64,000 nucleotides of DNA from an uncultured virus (IMG/VR IMGVR_UViG_3300020048_000034) (taxonomy: Duplodnaviria; Heunggongvirae; Uroviricota; Caudoviricetes), in IMG/VR virus record IMGVR_UViG_3300020048_000034; one strand, given 5' to 3'. How positions within the stretch are numbered: the first letter of the stretch is position 1; each line of letters begins with the position of its first letter. This document shows, piece by piece, positions 49,361 through 61,739 of this stretch. The notes under the pieces were generated by a model. That model saw only the letters and a program-made list of their open reading frames with translations, was not told the origin of the DNA and did no database searches. Made by a program: the position numbers and the translations under genes.

Positions 49361-49528
49361 ATGGCAAAAATAATTTTTGTAATTGACGAGAATCTGAAGT
49401 TGTATTATGAGGGAGTAGCTAGACAATTGTCTGTCAAAGAGAAAACAACTGTATCACTATCAGAAGTAATTCGAAGAGCTTTGAAAACTACTTATGGACA
49501 ACCCAAAAAAGGAGAAAAGCAATGTTAA
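49361..49528 (+). CDS. Ribbon-helix-helix protein (55 aa), absent from ORF track
   Basis: MAKIIFVIDE...VSLSEVIRRAL; AAGGA RBS; resembles 37810. Confidence 0.7.
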   Translation: MAKIIFVIDENLKLYYEGVARQLSVKEKTTVSLSEVIRRALKTTYGQPKKGEKQC

Positions 49529-50313
49529 GTAATGAATTTAATTCTTCAGTTAAAAAAGCTAACTTTGATAAAACAATTGATATTCCAGTTGCTTCTACTG
49601 TAGAAAGTGGATGGTTAACCTTTAACAATGCAGCAGTTGAAGAGTTTGATTTAAAGAATAATAATTTTTATTCCATAAATTATTCAGATCAAAACTTATA
49701 TTTTACATTTACCAGTGTAAATTCAAATGATGTTAGAACACTGGTAGTAAGAGAGGATACTAGAGCTTATTTCAATTTAACTAATTTTGTAAAAAATAAT
49801 AATGTTGGATTTAAAAAAGCCTATTTTAAAATTAAAACTTTAACTTCCAATGAGTGCTATATTAATTTTACAGAAGAAGTAGATGAAAATACCGTTTTAA
49901 TTCCTGATGTAGAACCAGAAATTCCTGAAACAGAAGATACCGGAGATTTTAAACTATTTACAAAAGAGTTTAAATCTAGGAAAATGAGTAGGGAGAATTT
50001 ATGTGTATCAGTAAGGAAAGAAGGAAGATTTACCTTTAATTATAATATTGTAAAACAGTATGATTTGGAAAAGAATTGTTTCATTAGACTGTTTTATGAT
50101 GAAAAAGGAAATAGGATAGGATTTAAATTCAGTGACACAAATTCAGAAATTGGATCTAGGAAAATGGTAGTTTCTAAAAATAATATTCAATATGGCATAA
50201 TGGTGAATGCTGTTCCTTTCTTTAAAAAGTATAATAATTTTAAATTGACTGAAACAAAAATATACTTTCTAGAGGTAGATGAAAAAACTGGTATTTGTTT
50301 TATTAAATTATAG
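49522..50313 (+). CDS. Protein with an internally duplicated beta-rich domain
   Basis: G..TFN...V..(F/Y)DL..N.F occurs twice. Confidence 0.6.
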   Translation: MLSNEFNSSVKKANFDKTIDIPVASTVESGWLTFNNAAVEEFDLKNNNFYSINYSDQNLYFTFTSVNSNDVRTLVVREDTRAYFNLTNFVKNNNVGFKKAYFKIKTLTSNECYINFTEEVDENTVLIPDVEPEIPETEDTGDFKLFTKEFKSRKMSRENLCVSVRKEGRFTFNYNIVKQYDLEKNCFIRLFYDEKGNRIGFKFSDTNSEIGSRKMVVSKNNIQYGIMVNAVPFFKKYNNFKLTETKIYFLEVDEKTGICFIKL

Positions 50314-51626
50314 GAGGAATTATGGATAAAGAAAGTTGGGCAGTTATATGTTGGAGAAAGAATTTTGGAACTAAAGAGTCAATATTTGTCAAAAGTAAAG
50401 ATGAAGCATTTGAAAATGCTAGAAATCTTTCTTTGAAGATAGAAAACTCTAGAGTAGATGTTGGTAAACATGGAATAATTAGAAGAATATACGAGAATGG
50501 AGAGATAGTAAGGGAGTTTCCACAACAACCCTTTATCGAAAAAATATCTGACTAAATATAGGAGATGGAAATGAAACAATTAGACTGTTCTGAGTTTGTT
50601 GATTCTGAAATTCCTATTATATTTGATGATTGTGTGACCTCTAATGACATTAATAATGATAGTATGTATTTTATTATAGTTAGAGTAAATCCTATTTGGA
50701 AGCAGGAAGAAGTCACTCGTATAATTTTAGATTTTTATTCAGATTTAGTTCCGAACTATAATGTTTCTATTTGGCAATGCTTTTCTCTTACGGAAGAAAA
50801 ATTAATCAAAAAGAATATATTAGAAAAAATAAATTCACCTATTTCCTATTGGAATCCATTAGTTGGTATGGAAAAAGGAACTATAGATTTTTAATGTTGT
50901 ATTAAAGGGGGAATTATGGGATACATTATTACTTGCAGTGGAAATAGAGAAAAATATTTTACAGGAGATAAAAAAGAATTTTGGTCAAATGACTTAAATA
51001 AAGTATGTATTTTTGAGGATAAAGAAGGTACTATTGATATAGTAAATCATCCACTTTTAGATCAACAGATAGTAGATGAAACAACTAGTGTAGGAAATGT
51101 ATCTATTTTATATCCTCACCCTATAATTGAAAAAGCAGTGAAAAATAGCGAGCATAGTTACTGTACATTATATGTAAAAGAGATAATAGAGGGAGTAATT
51201 AATAATGAAATAATATTTGAAAAAGCTTTTAATGCAAAAACTGTTGTGACTATTGATGGTGAAGATTGTACTAAAGACTTTGAAAGATGGAAAAATAATC
51301 AATAAAGGAGGAATTATGGGATATTTTACTACTTATGATGTTGAGATTACCGACAAAGAGATGAATTATGTTGATGATGACAGAAAAATTCATCAAGAAA
51401 TTCAAACTGAGTTTGATGTAATATTTGGTGAAGAGTCAAAATGGTATGACTATGAAGAGAACATGAAAGAATTCTCTAAAAAGTACCCTGATCTAATATT
51501 TACTATTCATGGAAATGGAGAAGGTAATAATGATATATGGAGAGAGTATTTCTTAAATGGGGAAAGTCAACATACTGAAGCTCAATTGGTATTTGAACCG
51601 TGCAAACTTGTTAAATAGGAGGATAT

Positions 51627-52097
51627 ATGTCCTATAAAGTAAATACAAACGCTAGATACATAGTTAAAGATGCTATTGATAAATTGGGACTTACACATTC
51701 TAAAATATCAGAAATATGTAATGTTAGTATTGGGTCTATTAAAAGATGGATATCAACTGGGCGTGCAAATGCTGAGAAAATAAAACCTCTTGAAAATTTA
51801 CTTACAGGAATATCTACAAAGAATTTTGTAAAATCAATTGATGATGTGGGAGAAGTACTTATAAAGATATATGAGAAAAGAAATATATTTTCTATTAAAT
51901 CTTCTACACTTAGTATTATGTCTGGAAGAATTTTTATACATGATAAATTCATTTCCCAACTATCTGAATACCTATTAGATAGGGGCTTTTATATTTTAAA
52001 AAACAGAAATTTAGAATGTGAACTTTACTCAATAATAGGTGTAGATCATTTATTGAAAATTAATAGTTTAACAGAGGAGGAGTTAAATGAAATCTGA
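51627..52097 (+). CDS. HTH (Cro/CI-like) DNA-binding protein
   Basis: GLTHSKISEICNVSIGSIKRW. Confidence 0.7.
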   Translation: MSYKVNTNARYIVKDAIDKLGLTHSKISEICNVSIGSIKRWISTGRANAEKIKPLENLLTGISTKNFVKSIDDVGEVLIKIYEKRNIFSIKSSTLSIMSGRIFIHDKFISQLSEYLLDRGFYILKNRNLECELYSIIGVDHLLKINSLTEEELNEI

Positions 52098-52392
52098 CTT
52101 TTCTGAAAAAGAGTTAAAACTTATAGAGAAATTATCTCCTATTAGATATCAAGAAATCATTCTTGATAAATCAGATATTCCTCCAATTATCTTATTTGAA
52201 GAAATTGCTTTAGATTGCTTTCTTGAGAATGACTGGGGAACTGAAGTGGAGTCACTTAGAAATATGTTGAAAGCAATAAGGTCATGCGTTATGTTTAGAA
52301 ACACAGAAGAATTTGAAAACTTAATTGAAATAGAGGAGTAATTATAGAAGAGTATAGAGTTATTGTTATATAGATAAAGAAGGAAGATAAAA

Positions 52393-52830
52393 ATGATACC
52401 AGTAATGCAGGAATTTAATAATAATATCTACGGAGACTGTAAGAGAGCAGTGTATGCGAGTCTATTAGACTTACCTATTGATGCAGTTCCTAATTTCAGT
52501 CGTCATAAAAGACGAAACAAATTAGTGTTTATACAGTTTCTATTTTCTTGTGGGTGGGAGTTTTATGGATATGGCAGATATAATGGGGTTATTACTACTC
52601 TACCTAGAATAGAGGATAGCCTTAATGGGTACTTTCAAGCTGTAGTGAAAAGTAAAAACTTTGAAGGTACTAGTCATTGTGTTGTTATGGATGTTACTGG
52701 ATTAGTAGTACATGATCCCTCTACTTCAAGAAATTACCAAAATGAAAATATCATTGAAAGTTGCGAAATAATTGGTTGGGATATAGTTAGCCCTAGAACT
52801 GACGATGAATGGAAGGAGTGGTTAAAGTGA
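52393..52830 (+). CDS. Papain-fold (Cys-His-Asp) phage protein
   Basis: Q...GDC.RA..ASLL, HCVV, HDP. Confidence 0.55.
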   Translation: MIPVMQEFNNNIYGDCKRAVYASLLDLPIDAVPNFSRHKRRNKLVFIQFLFSCGWEFYGYGRYNGVITTLPRIEDSLNGYFQAVVKSKNFEGTSHCVVMDVTGLVVHDPSTSRNYQNENIIESCEIIGWDIVSPRTDDEWKEWLK

Positions 52831-54708
52831 ATTCATTGAGTATTATAATGGAACATCTATATAAGGAGTAATTATGGAAGACTATAGAGTAGGAGATAAA
52901 GTTATTGTTATTTTAGATAAAGAGCCATATAAAACATTTAGAGCATTAGATAAAAATCTCCCAGATACTTTACTTTTATCTGGTCGTTTGGCAAGCACTT
53001 TCATCAAAACCGAAAAAGTAAATGATGTTGTAAGAACTACTTGGAGAGGAAATATTAAGTATGATTCTTTTGGTCTATCTTTAAATAAAAATATATTCTT
53101 AAATAATATTGTTGGTAGAGCGATTAGTGTAGATTGTAGTGATCCAATTAAGCCTGAGTTGTTAATTAATTACATTGATGGAGATGATGAATACAAAAAA
53201 GAAGTATTAGAAAGATACAATAAGCTCTCTGATAAACTTGACAAACAGATAGAAATTCGAAGAAGACTTCTAGAATTAAATGAGAACCTTAATATAAAAA
53301 CATTGTTCAATGAAGTTAATGCTAAAAAGATAGTAGGATTATTTCTAAAGAGAATTTTTAAGGATGAAATAACACTTCAGAATTATGTCGATTTTCTTAA
53401 TAATCATTTTGACTTTATAAATTATCTACAATTTTTAAATACTGATGAAAACGCTAATTGGGAACTATCTGATTTAGATAAAGTAATTGCTAGAAATTTT
53501 CTTTCAGATATGGAATTTCTTTGTTCCATAGATAATACAGTACTTAAAGAGGGACTAGAGTTGAGGTTGCTTATTAAGAAAACATGGAATTTGGATGAAG
53601 AAAGCGAGTATGATGAAACAGAAGAAAATGATGGAGAAGATTACTAATTGATAATTTAAATATTATTTAAAGGAATTGATAATGGAGATTAAAAGTGAAT
53701 TATCTATCGCTCAAATTAAAATACTTCTTGATACAGAATTAAGAGTCACTGAACTAAGGGAGATAGCTAGACAATTAGGAATAGTAAGTAGTGGAGTACC
53801 AAAAATAGCATTGAGAAATAAGATACTTTTAAAAATAAAAGATAGGAGTAAATATGAGAAAAATGACTGAAGCTGAAGCCATTTTAAAAGTTCATAGTGA
53901 GAACATTAATCTACTTTCTAAATGTTTTAAATGGGGTATTATTATATTTATAGTATTTCCATTACTAGGAAGCCTTTTACATTTTATTTTTAATCTTATT
54001 ATTTTACTAATTGTATTAATTTCTTAAAAAATGGAGGAATTATGGAAAAACATTGCTCTAATTGTAAATGGAATTATAACTGTATTGTTTATACCAGTAT
54101 TAAAAATATTACTCCCCAATTGGAAGCATTAAAAATCTATTATGGAAATGTTTCTTCTTTTATTGCAATACGATGTTCTATGTTTGAAGAGATTAAAGAT
54201 GATGGAGTACCGGATAATTTAGTATGTCCCCAGTGTCAGGAAGAAAAAGAAAAGAATCTCAGAATAAGGAAAGATTCAGTGGAATGTCTAAAGTGTAATT
54301 ACAAATACACAATTTCTGAATCTTGCCCTAAATGTGGAGAAGTAGGTATTAATCTTTTGAAAAGAGTAAATAACATAGTAGTACAGTGTTTAGTCTGTGA
54401 TTATAAAAAGGAGGAATAAAATGTCTAAGATAACTGTTTTCTCAAATGAAGAAGAGGCTTATGAGCATTTAAAAAGTTATTTACATAATGGTTCTTTTAA
54501 TAAAATAATATCTCAGAACATAATTAAGGATTTAACTAAGAAGGTAAATAAGATACGAAGTGAATTACTTAAAACAAGATTAAAGAAAGATACTTTTGAA
54601 AAAGATGAATATTTTAATTTAAGTATTCAAAGACTAGAAGAAGAGCAGAAAGTACTAGAATGTTTAATAGATTACATTATTGAATTAAATTAAAGTCGAT
54701 TTTCTAAT

Positions 54709-54737
54709 TTGACAAATTTCAAAATTTATGTTATGAT
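54709..54737 (+). promoter_or_regulatory. Sigma70 promoter with extended -10
   Basis: TTGACA-17-TATGAT with TGn. Confidence 0.85.
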
Positions 54738-54781
54738 ATTTTAAAGTTTGATAAACTTCTAATCAAAGAAAGGAAAATGAA

Positions 54782-55954
54782 ATGTTCTACAAAGCAAGAC
54801 CTATCCATGAAATAATTCCAGTAATTAAAGAGCTGTTAAAGATTCAACACAGAGAAAATGAAGTAGCTGTACCTTACTTACTAGGTCCTCCTGGAATAAG
54901 CAAGACTGCCAACATTTCTCAGATGTGTGATGATGAAGATGATTGGTATGGATTAATTACTCACTGGGCTTTAAGAGCTGTTGAAACAATATCTGGTTTA
55001 CCAGAGTTCAGTGATGTAACAGTGACTAACGCCAAAGGTAAAGAATTTAACAAAAGAGGAACAACATGGACTATGCCTGATATATTAACTCAGGCATATA
55101 AAATATTGGAAAAGAGAAAACCAAAAGTACTTGTTTGGTTATTGGATGATATGCACAGAGCTTCACCTGAACATCAGAGTTATGGGTATGAGATGTTTAG
55201 TGAACGAACACTTGAAGGTCATAGAATACCAAATGAAGTGAGATTCATTTTGGCAGGTAATGATTCAGTTAAAGCAGGGGCAAAACCAATATTCAGTGCA
55301 ATCATAAACAGATGTGCTGTGTTTCCAGTTAGGTTGGACTTTGAACAGTGGAAGATGAATTATGCTATACCTAACCAAATTAATCCAAAGATAATTGCTT
55401 TCTTAACTAACCCCAGGAACTCTATGTATTTTCAGGAAGAAGAACAAATAGGAATTCCTTGGTCATCAGCTAGATCTTGGTCAAAGTTCAGTACGCTTCT
55501 AGACATCTTAGAAAAGACTGATAGAACTTCACCCGCAGAGATCATGTATTACGCCGCAACTCATCTAGGTGAAACATCAGCAAAAGAATTTGGGGGACAC
55601 TATTCACTTTTCTCAAAAATAGATGCGGCAAAACTTTTCACAAAGAACGCAAAAATTAAAATACCAACGGATATGAGTGGTCAATATATTTTCTTGCTTG
55701 CAGTAGTTATTGAATTTTTCAGTCGATGGGAAAAGGAGAAATCTAAGAGAGATGAACATTTACATACATTAGCTACGATTATTATAGAAGTAGCTAAAGT
55801 TGCTTCAGAAATTGGAGTAACTGGTTTAAAAGAAATTGTTATAACCGAAAGAGCTTTAAAGTTAAAGGATTTGTATAGATCAGTTAAAAGAACTATGTTA
55901 GATATTAATCCTGAAATAACAAAGAAGTTAGAAGCAGATATTAGATTAATCTAA
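54782..55954 (+). CDS. MoxR-type AAA+ ATPase
   Basis: GPPGISKT, LLDD, AGN, NR, S.RSW. Confidence 0.85.
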   Translation: MFYKARPIHEIIPVIKELLKIQHRENEVAVPYLLGPPGISKTANISQMCDDEDDWYGLITHWALRAVETISGLPEFSDVTVTNAKGKEFNKRGTTWTMPDILTQAYKILEKRKPKVLVWLLDDMHRASPEHQSYGYEMFSERTLEGHRIPNEVRFILAGNDSVKAGAKPIFSAIINRCAVFPVRLDFEQWKMNYAIPNQINPKIIAFLTNPRNSMYFQEEEQIGIPWSSARSWSKFSTLLDILEKTDRTSPAEIMYYAATHLGETSAKEFGGHYSLFSKIDAAKLFTKNAKIKIPTDMSGQYIFLLAVVIEFFSRWEKEKSKRDEHLHTLATIIIEVAKVASEIGVTGLKEIVITERALKLKDLYRSVKRTMLDINPEITKKLEADIRLI

Positions 55955-55966
55955 TTGTGGGGGATT

Positions 55967-57292
55967 ATGAATGATAGAATAAGTGAAAAATTCAGGCAAA
56001 TGATGTTAAAGCTATTAAACCATCCAAAGTTAAGTTTGTTTAGCTACACTGTTTATAATTATAAGATGGAATTGATAGAAGTAGATGAAAAGTCTGTTTC
56101 AGATAAACATATACTAGACAGACTCACAGCATTTGCAACTATTCGAAATGGAAGACCCTATGTAGGGTTCTTTTCTAATTTTGTAGAAGAATGTTCAGTA
56201 GAAGAGCTAGTTTTTGTAGCACTTCATGAAATGCTACACATTATTAACGGTCATGGTTTAAGGACTGGAGAAAGAGATCCATTTATATCTAATCTTGCTT
56301 CAGATCATGTCATTAATGTTCCATTAATCAAAGATAGTGAACATGTTCTTTCTTGTATAAAAGTACCTGATGGGGAGAAGAAGCCTTTTGTAATAAAAAA
56401 GTTAGAAAATTCAAATAAAACTTTTGAGGAAGTATATGAATACTTACTTGAGAGAACAACTACTAAACCCACAACTGTAACATTTAAAGTAAAAAGTGAT
56501 GGAGAATTTAAGGATGTAACTCTACAAGTTAAAACAACTACAATACATCTTAAAAATCAAAAAATAACAGTAGTTACAGATATAATACCTAGCAAAGAAG
56601 ATGCTACTGATATTGTAGAACACATAAGAGCTTCGACTAGAGCAGCTCTAAATGAAATTAAAAATAGAGGGTTAGAACAAGGTCATTTAACAGATTTAAT
56701 TGATAAATTAATAATGGTTAAAGTACCTTGGGATAAACTTTATGAAAAAGCAATTAGGTCTAAGTCTATTATATCACCTGATAGGAGAGTTTGGACTAAC
56801 CCTAGAAAGAGATTACGACCTCATGGATTTATACTTCCTGGACCTAGTTATGATAAAAAAGCTTCTACGCTTGTAGTAGTTAGGGATACTTCTGGAAGTA
56901 TATCAAAAGATGATCTTTCTAGATTTGTTTACATAACAATACAAGGAGCTAAATTATTTGATTATGTTAGGATCATAGATCATGATACTATAGTAGAAAC
57001 AGATACTACTATAGAAGCATTATTAGTTACAGAGGAAAACTTTAAGAATACTGACATAGGAACTATAAGAGGGAGAGGAGGAACTTCTCATAGAAAAGTA
57101 TTTGAGTTACTAGAGAAAGCAAAGGAGGAAGCATCAGACATTTCCTTCATAGTGTTCTTAACTGATAACTACAGTGACTTTAAATGTATAAAATATTTCA
57201 CATGGCAAGAAGAATTTCCATTTATTATGATTTTAACGAAAAATCATGAAAAACCTAATAATGTCGATTTCATAGTGATTGAGGATATATAA
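55967..57292 (+). CDS. HEXXH metallopeptidase-like + vWA domain protein (MoxR partner)
   Basis: HEMLH...H..R, N.A.D..IN; DTSGSI, GRGGT, TD. Confidence 0.85.
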   Translation: MNDRISEKFRQMMLKLLNHPKLSLFSYTVYNYKMELIEVDEKSVSDKHILDRLTAFATIRNGRPYVGFFSNFVEECSVEELVFVALHEMLHIINGHGLRTGERDPFISNLASDHVINVPLIKDSEHVLSCIKVPDGEKKPFVIKKLENSNKTFEEVYEYLLERTTTKPTTVTFKVKSDGEFKDVTLQVKTTTIHLKNQKITVVTDIIPSKEDATDIVEHIRASTRAALNEIKNRGLEQGHLTDLIDKLIMVKVPWDKLYEKAIRSKSIISPDRRVWTNPRKRLRPHGFILPGPSYDKKASTLVVVRDTSGSISKDDLSRFVYITIQGAKLFDYVRIIDHDTIVETDTTIEALLVTEENFKNTDIGTIRGRGGTSHRKVFELLEKAKEEASDISFIVFLTDNYSDFKCIKYFTWQEEFPFIMILTKNHEKPNNVDFIVIEDI

Positions 57293-59116
57293 TGAATACA
57301 ATTCCAGACTTTAAAGAGATCAAGATAGATAAGCGTAGGATAGCATGGATGTTACAAATTCTAACAGACTTTTTCTATAAACAATGGATTAATATAAGTA
57401 GTGATGATTCTCCAAAGGTGCTATCGCTTAAATATGATGACGGAGTAAATAAAATAATTATATCTAACAATTTTCTAAAACTAGAGATACAATTATGGGT
57501 AAATGATATAGTTTCAGTATTTAGACCTATGCAATCTCTTTTCGAAGGAGTAACTGTTACCATAGATAGTATTTTGTATAATAATAAGAAAGTAACTCTT
57601 CCTTACAAATTCGCAAAATTATTAATATATTTTGATGATAATGGAATCTTTAATGATGCAGTTAGTTATTTCGAGAAACAAGCTTTAGCTCCAGAGTACA
57701 TATAGAAAACCAACTAATGTCGATTTTCTAAAGGTATAATATATGAATAAGATAATTCCAGACTTTAATGATATTGAGATCAATACTAACAGAGTAATAG
57801 AAATGATACAAGTTTTATCTGATTTTTTCTATAAGTATTGGGAGGAATTAGATGATGATATTCTTTATCCTATTGATTTTATGAAGTATAAATATGGATT
57901 TTATAAAATACGTTTATCTAATAAAAAGATAACAATATGTGTATTAAACACTTGCTTCTCATTCTATTATTTAAAATTGTCTAAAGATGGAATCAATGTT
58001 TCATTAAATAACTCTTTATTTAATAATTACAGAGTTACTATTCCATATAATTTTGCAAGACTTTTAACATACTTTGATGATAATGGTATATTTGAGGATG
58101 CAGTTAGTTATTTTGAAACACAGATCTTATTATCAAAAGAGGAATATTAAATTATGCGTTCAGCTACTATGTTTTGCGATGGTAAAAGAATTGGTACATT
58201 ATGGGATTATGATAGACATAGAGATAAGTATATATATTCCAAGACAGATGCAGTATTTATAGAGGCTAATTCTAAAAAAAGATTTATAAATGTTGATCAA
58301 ATAAGTGCAAAAAAGAACTCTGCTAGAGTAATAGAAATTACAAACAGAGATAATATTTCTGAATATTTACTTAGGGAAATAAAAGAATTAGCTAATGTTG
58401 ATAATTTAACAGTTAAAACTATAACAACTAAAGACATAAGGAATAGATTAAATGATATCCCTGTTTATATAGAAGATAATAAATTATATGCTTTTTTAAA
58501 GAGCAATATGTCAATAGTTCTTAATCCTTCTAGAACAAAACCTTACAACTTTGATAAAACATTGGATACATGGATTGACAATGTAAATTACATTAACTCC
58601 TTTCTTAAAAAACCAAAAACAATTGAATATTTAAAATTTATAAATTCCTTTGGAGAGCAAAAAATAGAGTTTACAGCACTTACCTTGAATTCTTTTAGGT
58701 TCTTCAAGAAATTAGTTAATACTTTTGATGAATCCAAAATTAAAGTATCTGAAAAAAGAGTTACTGAGATAATAAATACCTTAGTAGGATTTTTATATCC
58801 AGTTAAACGATCCCATTATGGTGATTATGTATATGTTCCATCATTATTTTATAAGCATGAATATATACACCTTTATATAAAGAAATATGAATTAGATGTT
58901 AATTTCTTTAGTAATAGCATAGGGTTTAGTTATACCAATGGAAAAAAACTTAAAGGTAAAGTAATAAATGTAACTATACTAGGAGAGACAAAGAAAGTTA
59001 AAATAACTTACAACACTGCTAGATTCTTATCCTATCTTGATAGTATGTATGTATATGAAGAAGCATTAGAATATTTTGAGAAACAGAAATTACTAGGAGT
59101 TTTTAATGAATATTAA
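57292..59116 (+). CDS. Three tandem paralogs (57292-57705, 57743-58150, 58154-59116) sharing a C-terminal domain
   Basis: V...Y..A..L.Y.D......A..YFE.Q.L in all three. Confidence 0.75.
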
Positions 59117-60850
59117 AATTTTGGAGGAATAATGTTTAAATTTAAAGAGGGTAAAAGAGTTGTTTTCAGAAAAGGTACTGAGTATTACACTGGTACAATA
59201 CTTGCTTGTTCTTATGATGATAGAGATGAAGAAGAATATGGGGAACAAATCATATATTCAATACAACCAAGCTGTTTGATTTTACCTAATAAAGTATTTA
59301 TTCCAGAGTCCCAGATAGAATTTGAAACTGAAATTGGATATGATAAATCTTTAACTGAAGAGTTTATCTTATCTTTAAAGAATCAAAATGAAGATAAAAA
59401 TGTAATAACACTCCTAACTTCAGAAGAAATACCAGACTGTTGTGGTTCCTGTTACAACTTTCGATTTTCTAAAACTGGCGAACAGCCGTTTTGTAATCGA
59501 AATGAAGTTCCTGTTTGTATGTTTGGAAAGTGTGGATTTTATAATAGGAAGTACATATTTAGATAATTTAAAAAAGGAGATAGAAAGATGGAATATTATT
59601 CTAGACAAGTTTACCCATTAAATTATGATGAAGATAATTATGAAGAAGCAATTGATAATCAAGATCATTTTCTTTCAACTAATGAAATTAGAAGTACAGT
59701 AATTCTTACAGAACCAAATCCTAAATATGATTTTAATGATAAGATATTATTTGTCACAGACAAACTCATTGAGGAAAGACAGGGTAAAAATCCTAGTCCT
59801 AGGAAAATAGAAATTGTTTGCTACACTGGTTTAATTACTAGAGTAAAATATTCTAAACATAGAGATAAAAAAGTAAATGATGAAACTTGGGAGATACATG
59901 TTCAATACTATTATACAAATAGAAAAAATAAAAAAAGAAAGCAAACTAAAATTGTTCCTATTACTGAGATACTAGGAAAAATAGAAGAATTAAAGGAAAC
60001 ATTTATACATTTAGATAGTATCCCTATTCTATATCCATATTTAGATCAAAATAAAGTGGATAAAATAATTACTGAAAAACAAATTCAATTTAATGAAGAA
60101 AATAGACAATACAAATTACAATTTGAAATTAGAAAACCTTTACCAAAAGAGATCAATAATATCTCTATAGTTGATTTGAAGTATTTATTTTTTAATATCA
60201 TAGAAAAAGTTACTACAGATGAAAAAGAAATATCTATTTTAGAGTATTTAAAACTAGCACTGCAAACAGACAATTTAAAATCGTATGTAAAGGATGATTT
60301 AGAATTTTTAATTTCATTATTTAATAAAATGAAAGGATCTGAAAAAGTATTTTTACATTTTACTAAAGGTGTGGAAAGTTTAATTAGGGAGGAAAAATCT
60401 TATAATGATGACGATGAAGAAGAGTATGATGATGAAGAATACGATGATGAAGAATATAATACCCATAGAAATCCTAAGAAAAACAAGAAAAGATATGAGG
60501 ATGATGAAAATTGGGAGGACGAATAATAAAGGAATATTAAAATGAATGAACAACTTGAATTATTAATTGAATCCTTTATAGGTAATGAATATAAAAAGGA
60601 TGTTTTAAATCATATTGATAAATGGTACAAGTCAAAGCTTGATGATTATAGATTTATTTTTCCAGGAACTGAATTAAATATTACGGATGTAAATAGGATA
60701 GTTAAGAAATTATCTCTAGATAAAGATGAAGAGATATTTCCTGAAAAGTGTTTAATTTCATGTTCTATAGAAGGATTAATGTCTATAGATATTACTTTAT
60801 CTGTGAAATCAAAAGAACTTGAATTCTATCTTTTAAAATGGTATTAAAGA

Positions 60851-60896
60851 AAATGGCTCCTAGTGTTGAAGTATAGCATTTAGGAGCCATTTTTTT
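60851..60896 (+). terminator. Rho-independent terminator
   Basis: ATGGCTCCTA/TAGGAGCCAT stem + T tract. Confidence 0.8.
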
Positions 60897-60908
60897 AAAT
60901 TTTTCGAT

Positions 60909-60937
60909 TTGACAAATTTTAAAATTTATGTTATACT
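60909..60937 (+). promoter_or_regulatory. Sigma70 promoter with extended -10
   Basis: TTGACA-17-TATACT with TGn. Confidence 0.85.
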
Positions 60938-61166
60938 TTTTTAAAGTCGATTTTCTAACACTCAAAAAAAAAGGAAATTTAAAAATGGGCTACAGTTCAA
61001 GAGAAGTTTATCCTTCGGAATATGATGAACCATATATTTGCGAAGTATGTAAAAAGGAGGAAAATGATTGTAAATGTCCTGAATGTCCTACTTGTGGTAT
61101 AATAGGTAGCCCTTCCTGTGTTATTGAAAATCATTTTTCAGAAGAATTAAGAAAGGAGATTATAAA

Positions 61167-61396
61167 ATGATAAAAGTATATCATAGAATTGATCCTACAT
61201 TTCAAGTTGAAGCAAATCCAGATCTGAAAAATTATGTTTTTGTAGCAGATGTAGATACAAACGTCTTAGAAAAAGCATTTGAACTTACTAACAACATAGA
61301 ACATAATTGGACTAGAAATTCTATACTCCATATAATGCTTGGTATATTGTTGATAGTATTGGCTTTAAAGAAAGTAATTTAAAAGGAGAAGAATAA
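61167..61396 (+). pseudogene. YodL-like protein with internal deletion/frameshift near 61320
   Basis: LEKAF.LTN....W in one frame; WYIVDSIGFKE in another frame ending with TAATG coupling at 61396. Confidence 0.6.
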
Positions 61397-61731
61397 TGTC
61401 ATGTGTTAGATGTGGGAGATGCTGTTTTTATCTAGTTCCCGTTGTATCTAAAGAATATTCAGATAATGAGAACTTAGACATAGAAACTTTACCTGAAGAG
61501 GGTTTTGTGTTAGTTGATGGTGAAACAACATTTTGTCCTCATCTATCATGGGATGATATTAATGATGTAGCTACTTGCGGAATTCATGATAAAATATGGT
61601 TTAAACAAACTCCTTGTTACAGACATGCAAATTCTGAATTTGAGGAACTTCCTTGTAGAATAGGTCCTTACGTTAGAAGCAATACTAAATTATTTAATCA
61701 TTACAAAACCTTGATTAAGAACATTAATTAG
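61396..61731 (+). CDS. YkgJ/CxxCxxCC cysteine-cluster protein
   Basis: CVRCGRCC, CPHL, C.IH, C. Confidence 0.8.
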   Translation: MSCVRCGRCCFYLVPVVSKEYSDNENLDIETLPEEGFVLVDGETTFCPHLSWDDINDVATCGIHDKIWFKQTPCYRHANSEFEELPCRIGPYVRSNTKLFNHYKTLIKNIN

Positions 61732-61739
61732 GAGTTAAT

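Noticed and set aside
60405..60460. GATGATGAAGAATA repeats
   Set aside because: Encode an acidic DDEEY tail.
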